In this document: one piece after another, positions 13,700 through 21,188 of the stretch | Position numbering within the stretch: the stretch's first letter is position 1 | How the letters are laid out: each line of letters starts with the position of its first letter | Program-made: the position numbers and the translations under genes | From: an archaeon | GTDB taxonomy: Archaea > Iainarchaeota > Iainarchaeia > Iainarchaeales > JANQMZ01 | Direction of reading: 5' to 3' | DNA: 32,000 nt | Assembly: GCA_028279805.1 (NCBI GenBank) | Contig: JANQMZ010000007.1 | Location: forward strand, 240,001-272,000 | Notes under the pieces: model-generated | Databases searched by the model: none | Told to the model about the DNA's origin: nothing | Seen by the model: only the letters and a program-made list of their open reading frames with translations

Positions 13700-15496
13700 A
13701 TGGTTTCAGATAAAATTGCTGTTGTTGATTTCGGAGGACAATATGCACACCTTTTGGCCAGAAGAGTCAGAGAGTTAGGTGTTTTTTCTGAAATTTTACA
13801 GCCAAATGCTTCGAAAAAAGATTATTCTGATTTTAAAGGAGTCATTTTAAGCGGGAGTCCTTACAGCATTTGCGATTTGCATGTCCTGAAATGGAAAAAT
13901 GATTTGTTTAAAATGAATATTCCGGTTCTGGGAATTTGTTACGGGCACCAGCTTATAATGAGAGAAAATGGAGGGGAAATACGGAGAGCTCCAAGCACGG
14001 AATTTGGTTCTGCAAAAATGCATGTTTTAAACAAAAAAGGCGTTTTTAAGGGTTTAAAGGGCAAAAGCGTTGTATGGATGTCTCATAATGATGAAGTTTC
14101 TTCTCTGGCGCCCGGATTTGAGGTTATCGGAAAAACAGCTGACTGCAAATATGCCGCTATTGCAAATTTTGAAAAAAAATGGTTCGGTTTTCAGTTTCAT
14201 CCGGAAGTAACTCATTCAGAGGAAGGGCAAAAAATGTTGAAAAATTTTGTTTTCAATGTCTGCCAATGCAAAAAAGAATGGAGTTTAAAGGATTTTAAAA
14301 AACAAAAAATCAGGGAAATCAGAAAAAAAGTGGGCAAAAAAAATGTTTTTTTACTGGCTTCAGGCGGAATTGACTCAACTGTCTGCCTTGCCTTACTTTT
14401 AAAATCATTGCCAAAAAAACAAATTCATGCTTTTTTTATTGACACCGGTTTGATGAGACAAAATGAGCCAAAACTAATTCAAAAAAGTTTTGAAAAAATG
14501 GGTTTTAAGCTCAAAATTGTTAAAGCAGGAGAAGAATTTTTATCAAAACTAAGAAATGTTTCAGACCCAGAACAAAAAAGAAAAATTATTGGAAAAATTT
14601 TTTTAGAAGTCAAAGACAAAGAACTTGAAAAACTTAAAGTTAATACAAAAAACTGGATTCTGGCACAGGGAACAATTTATCCGGACACAATTGAAAGTGC
14701 GGGAACAAAACATGCAGACAAAATCAAAACACATCATAACAGAATTGAAGAAATTTTAAAAGAATTAAAAAAAGGAAAAATAATTGAACCAATTGAAGAA
14801 TTATACAAAGATGAAGTAAGATTTTTAGGAAAAGAATTAGGATTGCCTAAAAAATTTATTGAAAGGCATCCTTTTCCAGGACCCGGATTGGGAGTCAGAA
14901 TTTTATGTTCCAACGGAAAACAAATTCAAGGAAAAAAACTGGAACAAAAAATTAACAATTTTTTAAAAAAAACAGGTTATAAGGCTAAAATTCTGCCGGT
15001 TAAAAGTGTGGGGGTTCAGGGAGATTTAAGAACTTACAAAAAAGCTGTTGCACTTGAAGGAAAAATTGATTTTCAAAAGATTGAAAAACTGTCAACACAA
15101 ATAACAAACAGGTTCAGGGAAATTAACCGGGTTGTTTTGCTTTTATCCCCTCAAAAAATTAAAAAATTAAAAATGTTAAAAGCATTTTTAACTGATGACA
15201 GAATTAAAATGGCACGGGAAGCAGATGCTGTTTCAATGAATGTTGTAAAAAAAAATAGTTTGTTAAAAAAAACATGGCAGTTTCCCACAGTTTTAATTCC
15301 CGTGCAAGTTAACGGTTTTGGGGAGAGTATTGTTTTAAGGCCGATTGAAAGCCTGGAAGCAATGACTGCAAAATTTTACAAAATGCCAAAAAAAGCTTTG
15401 AAGGAAAATGTTAAAGGAATTTTAAAAATTCCGAGAATTGGAACTGTTTTTATGGATGTTACACACAAGCCTCCTGCCACAATTGAATGGGAATAG
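13700..15496 (+). CDS. guaA: GMP synthase (glutamine-hydrolysing), single-chain long form
   Basis: GATase domain (VLGICYGHQL, FQFHPEV), ATP-PPase P-loop SGGIDSTV, KTHHN, RHPFPGPGL, and C-terminal KPPATIEWE. I prefer the ATG at 13700 (MVSDKIAVVDFGGQY). Confidence 0.9.
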   Translation: MVSDKIAVVDFGGQYAHLLARRVRELGVFSEILQPNASKKDYSDFKGVILSGSPYSICDLHVLKWKNDLFKMNIPVLGICYGHQLIMRENGGEIRRAPSTEFGSAKMHVLNKKGVFKGLKGKSVVWMSHNDEVSSLAPGFEVIGKTADCKYAAIANFEKKWFGFQFHPEVTHSEEGQKMLKNFVFNVCQCKKEWSLKDFKKQKIREIRKKVGKKNVFLLASGGIDSTVCLALLLKSLPKKQIHAFFIDTGLMRQNEPKLIQKSFEKMGFKLKIVKAGEEFLSKLRNVSDPEQKRKIIGKIFLEVKDKELEKLKVNTKNWILAQGTIYPDTIESAGTKHADKIKTHHNRIEEILKELKKGKIIEPIEELYKDEVRFLGKELGLPKKFIERHPFPGPGLGVRILCSNGKQIQGKKLEQKINNFLKKTGYKAKILPVKSVGVQGDLRTYKKAVALEGKIDFQKIEKLSTQITNRFREINRVVLLLSPQKIKKLKMLKAFLTDDRIKMAREADAVSMNVVKKNSLLKKTWQFPTVLIPVQVNGFGESIVLRPIESLEAMTAKFYKMPKKALKENVKGILKIPRIGTVFMDVTHKPPATIEWE

Positions 15497-15522
15497 TTGC
15501 GGTAGGGCGTTCTAACACAATC

Positions 15523-15545
15523 TTATTGATAACGATTATCAATAA
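15523..15545. promoter_or_regulatory. Fur-box-like perfect inverted repeat next to a TATA-like box
   Basis: TTATTGATAA-CGA-TTATCAATAA has 10-nt perfect arms with core TGATAA/TTATCA. CTTTATAAAG follows at 15546-15555, then a degenerate half-site TTGTCAATAA at 15558-15567. All lie upstream of or overlapping the Fur-family gene start. Confidence 0.5.
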
Positions 15546-15557
15546 CTTTATAAAGTA

Positions 15558-15974
15558 TTGTCAATAAAAATTGAAGAGAAGGTAGTTTTCGTGGAAGAAA
15601 GAAAAACAAAACAAAAAAATGCGCTTAACAAAATATCAAAAAAACTAGGAAAATTTTTTTCAGCAGAAGAATTGCATAATAAATGCGAAACAGAGGGACA
15701 GAACATAGGAATAGCCACCATATACCGGTTCCTGAAAAAAGAGGCTGAAAACGAAAACCTAAATGTGTTTGAATGCGAGGGTAAAAAAATATACTCACGT
15801 TCAGAAAATGAGCACAGCCATTTCACTTGCACAAACTGCCATAAAAAAGTGCATCTGAAAACCCCTATGAAAATATTTAAGGAATTAAAAAAGCAAGCAA
15901 ATTTCACGTTGGAAGCATTTCAGATAGAAATTGCGGGATTGTGTGAAAATTGCATTTCAAAACAAGCACAATAA
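15558..15974 (+). CDS. Fur-family metal-responsive transcription regulator (Fur/Zur/PerR type not resolved)
   Basis: Recognition-helix region GIATIYRFL, HSHFTCTNCHKK and GLCENC (two CxxC pairs). Start is uncertain: TTG at 15558 or GTG at 15591. Confidence 0.75.
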   Translation: MSIKIEEKVVFVEERKTKQKNALNKISKKLGKFFSAEELHNKCETEGQNIGIATIYRFLKKEAENENLNVFECEGKKIYSRSENEHSHFTCTNCHKKVHLKTPMKIFKELKKQANFTLEAFQIEIAGLCENCISKQAQ

Positions 15975-16039
15975 GCACAATCCTGGGTAAAACAACAAAT
16001 TAGATTTAACAAAATTAAACAAACAGGGAGGTAGTACAA

Positions 16040-16297
16040 ATGGAAAAGAAATTGTATATAGGAAACGTGGATTATCAAACCACAAAAGACCAATTAGGAG
16101 ATGCGTTCTCTGAATTTGGTGAAATAAGGGACATATTCATCCCTACTGACAGGGAAACAGGAAAATCACGAGGATTCGCATTCCTGACTTTTAGCGAAGA
16201 GGAAGACGCAGATAAAGCAATTCAGGCAATGAACGGTAAAAAATTCAACGGAAGAGAACTCTCAGTTTCCGAAGCACGACCAATGAACAGAAGATAA
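16040..16297 (+). CDS. RRM (RNP-type) single-domain RNA-binding protein
   Basis: RNP-2 LYIGNV and RNP-1 RGFAFLTF at canonical spacing in an 85-aa protein. GGGAGGT Shine-Dalgarno lies 7 nt upstream of the ATG. Confidence 0.85.
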   Translation: MEKKLYIGNVDYQTTKDQLGDAFSEFGEIRDIFIPTDRETGKSRGFAFLTFSEEEDADKAIQAMNGKKFNGRELSVSEARPMNRR

Positions 16298-16364
16298 CAA
16301 AAGCAAGAAAAAATGGCCTCTTTTGGAGAGCATAAAAAACCAAATACGTTATGAGGAGAGGTAA

Positions 16365-18020
16365 TTGGAAGATAAAAAAAAGAAACGACGTGCACTTTTA
16401 GGAGATAAAGAAATAAAGCTAATTGGCAATAGACCAAAAGAAATGCAACAGATAAAAGGAAAATTTGCAATACCTGCTGCAAGAAATACCAAAAAATCTC
16501 TCAGGTTAAAAGGTCTTTCAAATGGCACTCTGATTCTTTCAACACTACCAAACATCGGAAAACATGCATGCGTAAGACAAATACTGGATGTTGAAGAGAA
16601 AAGTGAAAAAATACTCGGAAAAAAAATTCCAATTTATCATGTTTCCTCAGACGAACCTGAAAAATGGGGGGAAGTCACCGAGATTCACCCTAATGTTAAA
16701 GCAAAAGGATATTCAATTTACAAAATGAATAATGAAGAAAAAAAAGAATTTCTCAATAATTTTGGAGTCGAAGTTGAAAACAACCAAAGAATAGCACACG
16801 GACTATTCGGAATAAAAAATGGAAAAATAATGACTTCTCTTATTCCAACAATCCAAATGGGAAACCCGGATGTGAATCGCTTTCTAAAAAAATTCCAAAG
16901 TAAAATTGAACAAAGAAATCACGCAGACATAATTATTGTCGGGGCGGGAGCAGCAGGAATCGGTATGGGAGTGCTTTTGCAAAAAATCGGAATCGATTTT
17001 ATTATTCTTGAAAAAAAATCAATAGGAGAATCATTCAAAAAATGGCCAAAAGAAATGCAGTTCATTTCCCCCTCGTTTACAGGAAATTTTTTTGGAATGC
17101 CAGACCTTAATGCAATAACACCTGAAACTTCGCCCGCATACAACTTTCTAACAGAACACCCTTCAGGAAAACAATACGCTAAATACTTAAAAGGGGTTGC
17201 AAACTATTATGAACTTCCAATTTTTACAGGAGTAGAAGTCAAATCAATTACAAAGAAAAAAGAAAATTTCCTAATAAAAACCAAAGACAACGAACTTCAC
17301 TCTAAATTTGTTATTTGGGCTGGAGGAGAATACCAATATCCAAATGATAATCCTTTTCCAGGCGCACAGTATTGCATACATAATTCAAAAATAAATAATT
17401 GGAGCAAGTTCTATAATGGAGAATATCTTGTTATTGGCGCCTATGAATCGGGAATAGACGCTGCTTATCAGCTTGCAAAAAAAGGAATGAAAGTGGTTGT
17501 TCTTGATTCAGGGAATGAAATGACTAATGTTCAAAGCGATTCAAGCTATTCATTATCCCCTTTCACAAGGGAACGATATTTAGAACAAAAAGCAAGCATA
17601 AAAATCGTTCCAAACGCAAAGGTAAAAGAAATTCAGCAAAAAAATGGCAAGTTCATAGCAGTAACTGAAGATGGAAGAACATTCAAAACAAAAACAAAAC
17701 CAATTCTTGCAACAGGTTTTAAATCAAGTCTTTCTTTAATTGGCGAATTATTTTCAAGAGAACAAGGAGTTGTTCAACTAACTGAGAATGACGAGTCAAA
17801 AAAAACCAAAGGATTATTCCTTGCCGGGCCACAGGTTCGACATAAAGATGCAATTTTTTGTTTCATATACAAATTCCGGCAAAGATTCGCTGTTATTGCA
17901 GAAAACATTGCAAAAAGATTGGGAAAAACAAACAATGCAAAAAAGATTATTGAAGAATATAAAAATCAAAATTTTTATCTGAAAGATTTAAGCTGCTGCG
18001 GAGATGACTGCCCATGCTGA
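16365..18020 (+). CDS. FAD/NAD(P)-binding oxidoreductase (CzcO/ArsO/flavin-monooxygenase-like) with an unknown N-terminal domain of about 185 aa and a Cys-rich tail
   Basis: Dinucleotide-binding motifs IIIVGAGAAGIG and LVIGAYESGIDAA, plus ATG-type ILATGF. The N-terminal 185 aa are unrecognised. The C-terminus is SCCGDDCPC. TTG start follows AGGAGAGG. Confidence 0.6.
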   Translation: MEDKKKKRRALLGDKEIKLIGNRPKEMQQIKGKFAIPAARNTKKSLRLKGLSNGTLILSTLPNIGKHACVRQILDVEEKSEKILGKKIPIYHVSSDEPEKWGEVTEIHPNVKAKGYSIYKMNNEEKKEFLNNFGVEVENNQRIAHGLFGIKNGKIMTSLIPTIQMGNPDVNRFLKKFQSKIEQRNHADIIIVGAGAAGIGMGVLLQKIGIDFIILEKKSIGESFKKWPKEMQFISPSFTGNFFGMPDLNAITPETSPAYNFLTEHPSGKQYAKYLKGVANYYELPIFTGVEVKSITKKKENFLIKTKDNELHSKFVIWAGGEYQYPNDNPFPGAQYCIHNSKINNWSKFYNGEYLVIGAYESGIDAAYQLAKKGMKVVVLDSGNEMTNVQSDSSYSLSPFTRERYLEQKASIKIVPNAKVKEIQQKNGKFIAVTEDGRTFKTKTKPILATGFKSSLSLIGELFSREQGVVQLTENDESKKTKGLFLAGPQVRHKDAIFCFIYKFRQRFAVIAENIAKRLGKTNNAKKIIEEYKNQNFYLKDLSCCGDDCPC

Positions 18021-18988
18021 ACTTGCTTTCCCTGCTTAAAACTTACAGACCAACAGCAATATTTCTAATCTCAATTATTTTCGGATCACTACTGGGAATA
18101 TTTTCAAAAGAATCGGGATTACTGCTTGGAAGCTACTTGGACCATATTATACTTGCACTTGTATTTTTTATTTTTCTCGAAGTTCCTTTTGAAAACATCC
18201 TAAAAGGAATTAAAAATATTAAATTCATAAGCGTTGCATGGGCAACAAACTTTATCCTTATCCCCATAATCGGATTTGTAATTGCATCTTTATTCCTGCA
18301 GGAAGCCCCATTATTTTTAATCGGGCTTTTCATATACTTCATGGCACCTTGCACTGACTGGTTTTTAGCTTTCACTAAAATCGCAAAAGGAGATACAGGA
18401 TTAGGATCTGTTCTTCTGCCAATAAACATGATTACTCAATTACTACTCTATCCAGTTTACCTGTTTATTTTTGTAGGTTCAACACTAGAAACAAACATAT
18501 CAACAATTTCCAATACTCTCCTTAATTGGTTTTTACTACCATTTGCCACAGCAACCATACTACGCCTGGTTTTAAGAAAACTTACCAAAGAGAACACAAA
18601 AGAAAAGATTGCAAACGCTACAACCTTTATTACAGAAGGAATTCTTGCAATTCTTATAATATCAATATTCGCCACGAACATTGCCAAAATATTAAATCAT
18701 TTGGAAATGCTTACACTAGTCTTAGCAGCGGTTTTCACATTCTTTGTAATAATTTATATAATAACCGAAAAAATATCCCGCCATCTTCATTTTTCACATC
18801 CAATGCACGTACTATATACTATGACAACTTCCGCGCGAAACTCCCCATTAATGTTAGGTATAACTATTGCTGCATTCCCTCAACAACCACTCATATACGC
18901 AGCACTCATCATAGGAATGCTTGTCGAATTTCCCTATTTAGCAATTGTTTCAGCAGTTCTTCAAAAACCAAATAAAAAACCATTTTAA
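18014..18988 (+). CDS. BART-superfamily permease (ACR3 / arsenic-resistance / bile-acid:Na+ symporter-like)
   Basis: About 10 TM segments in 324 aa. The FMAPCTDWFLAF segment sits where ACR3 proteins carry their conserved Cys. The start ATG overlaps the stop of the upstream flavoprotein gene (CCATGCTGA). Subfamily is not resolved. Confidence 0.55.
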   Translation: MLNLLSLLKTYRPTAIFLISIIFGSLLGIFSKESGLLLGSYLDHIILALVFFIFLEVPFENILKGIKNIKFISVAWATNFILIPIIGFVIASLFLQEAPLFLIGLFIYFMAPCTDWFLAFTKIAKGDTGLGSVLLPINMITQLLLYPVYLFIFVGSTLETNISTISNTLLNWFLLPFATATILRLVLRKLTKENTKEKIANATTFITEGILAILIISIFATNIAKILNHLEMLTLVLAAVFTFFVIIYIITEKISRHLHFSHPMHVLYTMTTSARNSPLMLGITIAAFPQQPLIYAALIIGMLVEFPYLAIVSAVLQKPNKKPF

Positions 18989-19066
18989 ACCCACTGATAT
19001 TTAGGTAAAAAAACAAGGTTTTCTTATAATAACGTTCACAATGAAATCAAATGGAAACAATTTTTT

Positions 19067-19450
19067 TCATGGAATGAGAAGTTTTGCGTATTCAATTTTT
19101 TTGTTTTTTTGAAATTTTTTAAGCATTTTTTTTATTTCCTGTGACTGGCCGTTTATGACAAACATTTCAAGACATTTTCCGTTTGATAAATGATTATGAA
19201 TTTGGGTTCTGATTAAAGAATTGAATTCGTGTCTTATTTTTGATATTTCTTCCGGTTTGTCCCTGTGGGTTACAAAAATTACTGCGTCTGAAAAACCTGT
19301 GAGCTCTGCTTTGTTTTTGTATTCATCCACGAGCAAATTAAGAGCTGCTCGAATTGTTTCGCTTCTCCCTGAAAACTCAAACTCGTTTTCCATTTTGTTT
19401 ACTTGTTCAAGCAAATCTTTTCCCAAGGACATGCTGATTATTTCTGCCAT
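19067..19450 (-). CDS. nikR: Nickel-responsive regulator NikR (ribbon-helix-helix plus ACT-like metal-binding domain)
   Basis: RHH N-terminus ISMSLGKDLLEQVNKME..FSGRSETIRAALNLL. The C-domain has H-x10-H-x-H-x5-C-L-E with the same spacing as the E. coli NikR Ni ligands H76/H87/H89/C95. Confidence 0.8.
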   Translation of the reverse strand: MAEIISMSLGKDLLEQVNKMENEFEFSGRSETIRAALNLLVDEYKNKAELTGFSDAVIFVTHRDKPEEISKIRHEFNSLIRTQIHNHLSNGKCLEMFVINGQSQEIKKMLKKFQKNKKIEYAKLLIP

Positions 19451-19458
19451 GAAATCAC

Positions 19459-19520
19459 GTTAATAACAAATTAAAAAAACACTAAAAATATTATTAACAA
19501 ATAAGTTTAAAATTATTAAC
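19459..19520. promoter_or_regulatory. Candidate operator repeats in the nikR-znuA divergent intergenic region
   Basis: GTTAATAAC at 19459-19467 is the inverted partner of TTATTAAC at 19491-19498 and 19513-19520. AACAAAT follows two of the three sites. Confidence 0.3.
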
Positions 19521-19551
19521 TATGGTTTTTTCCTACAGGTGATTCTTTTTT

Positions 19552-20493
19552 ATGTTAAAAATTTCAAGTGTTTTATTAGTTTTTTTAATAATTATTTCCG
19601 GGTGTACAACCCAGCCTGTTGAAAATGAAGGATTGCAGGCAGTTGCAGGCTTTTATCCGTTTTATGACATAGCCAGAAATGTAGGCGGGGAAAAAGCAGA
19701 TGTTTCTGTTTTGGTTCCTCCTGCAACCGAGCCGCATGCTTTTGAACCCACTCCTGGCGATATTTTGAGACTAAACCGGGCAGATTTGTTTATTGGCACC
19801 GGTGTTGATTTTGAGGAATGGGAAGATAACATTGTAGCAGGTCTTGACCCAAACGTCAGACTGGTAAAAGCAAACAAAGGAGTAGAACTTTTGAAAGCAG
19901 AAGAAGATGAACATCATGAAGAACATGAAGAAGAAATACATGAGGAAGAAGAGGAAGAACACCACCATCATGATCATGGCGAATTTGACCCGCATTATTG
20001 GGTTTCTCCTAAAAATGCAGTCAAAATCACAAACACAATAAAAGAATCTTTTATGGAAGCAGATTCAGAAAATGCTGCTTATTATGAAAGCCAGGCTGAC
20101 AAATTTATTTCAGAACTTGAAGCTTTGGATAATGAGTATACAACAAGACTTAATAACTGCAAACAGGACAGAGTTTTAACAACTCATGCTGCCTTTGCAT
20201 ATCTTGGCAACGATTATGGTTTTATACAAATACCAATTTTGGGTTTGAGTCCTGAATCAGAGCCGACTCCTGGGGAAATTGCAGGACTGGTTGAAGAAGC
20301 AAAAGAACATGAACTAAAATATGTTTTCTTTGAAGAGCTTGTTGATCCACGGGTTGCTGAAACAATTGCCTCGGAAACAGGAACTGAAACACTTGTATTA
20401 AATCCTGTTGCAGGTTCAAAAAAAGACGAAGGTTATTTAAGAATCATGAGAAACAATCTTGATAATCTTGAAAAGGCATTAGAATGTCAATGA
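19552..20493 (+). CDS. znuA: Metal ABC transporter substrate-binding lipoprotein (ZnuA/TroA cluster A-I) with a His/Glu-rich loop
   Basis: Lipobox IISGC. Metal-ligand contexts EPHAFEP, DPHYW and THAAFAYL. Loop EEDEHHEEHEEEIHEEEEEEHHHHDH at nt 19900-19977. AGGTGA Shine-Dalgarno present. Confidence 0.85.
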   Translation: MLKISSVLLVFLIIISGCTTQPVENEGLQAVAGFYPFYDIARNVGGEKADVSVLVPPATEPHAFEPTPGDILRLNRADLFIGTGVDFEEWEDNIVAGLDPNVRLVKANKGVELLKAEEDEHHEEHEEEIHEEEEEEHHHHDHGEFDPHYWVSPKNAVKITNTIKESFMEADSENAAYYESQADKFISELEALDNEYTTRLNNCKQDRVLTTHAAFAYLGNDYGFIQIPILGLSPESEPTPGEIAGLVEEAKEHELKYVFFEELVDPRVAETIASETGTETLVLNPVAGSKKDEGYLRIMRNNLDNLEKALECQ

Positions 20494-21188
20494 ATTCAAT
20501 AAAAGTTGAAAGCGTTTCTTTCCGATATTCAAAAGAATCAGTTATTGAAAATCTTTCTTTTGAAATGAAGAAAGGTGATTTTGTAGGGATTTTAGGACCT
20601 AATGGATCGGGAAAGACAACGCTGATAAGACTGCTTCTTGGTTTCCTGAAACCTGAAAAAGGAAAAATAAGCATTTTTGGAAAAAATGTTTTCAAGGCAA
20701 GAGAACTTATCGGATATGTTCCACAGAAGCTTGACATTGACAGGAGTTTTCCGGGAACTGTAAGGGAGATGCTTGAACTGGTCAAAAGCAAAAGCGGGAA
20801 TGAAATAATTAATCTTATGGAAATTAACCAGCTTTTTGATCAAAAATTTGTTGAACTGTCTGGAGGGCAACAACAAAGGGTTATTACTGCAATGTCTCTT
20901 CTTAAAGAGCCTGAAATACTTATTCTTGACGAGCCTTCTTCCGGAATTGATGTGAAAGGGCAAACAAAATTTAACGATTTGTTAAGCAGGCTGAATGCAG
21001 AGAAAGGAGTTACAGTATTATTAATATCTCATGATGTAAACCTGGTTTCAAAATATGCTAAAAAAGCGCTTTGTGTGAATAAAGGTCATTATTGTTTTGG
21101 TGCAACAAAAGAATTGCCAAAATTTATCAAAGAAACTTTTGGGAAAGACTATAAATTTTATCCGCATTACCATGGTGATTCTCATTGA
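20484..21188 (+). CDS. znuC: Metal ABC transporter ATPase (ZnuC-like)
   Basis: Walker A GPNGSGKTT, signature LSGGQQQR, Walker B ILILDEP. An alternative ATG at 20490 gives the typical ATGA overlap with the znuA stop. Confidence 0.85.
   Translation: MSMNSIKVESVSFRYSKESVIENLSFEMKKGDFVGILGPNGSGKTTLIRLLLGFLKPEKGKISIFGKNVFKARELIGYVPQKLDIDRSFPGTVREMLELVKSKSGNEIINLMEINQLFDQKFVELSGGQQQRVITAMSLLKEPEILILDEPSSGIDVKGQTKFNDLLSRLNAEKGVTVLLISHDVNLVSKYAKKALCVNKGHYCFGATKELPKFIKETFGKDYKFYPHYHGDSH

Noticed and set aside
15548-15907. 119-aa minus-strand ORF
   Set aside because: It is antisense to the Fur-family gene, which has clear family motifs. The minus-strand product is low-complexity Phe/Ser/Cys-rich sequence.
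17788-18975. Alternative-frame ORFs inside the flavoprotein and permease genes (17788-17982, 18133-18429, 18457-18687, 18526-18975)
   Set aside because: They overlap long ORFs with recognisable folds (dinucleotide-binding motifs, 10 TM helices) and have no motifs of their own.
19900-19977. GAA/CAT-rich low-complexity DNA as a possible simple repeat
   Set aside because: It encodes the in-frame Glu/His-rich metal-binding loop of ZnuA and is not an independent repeat element.
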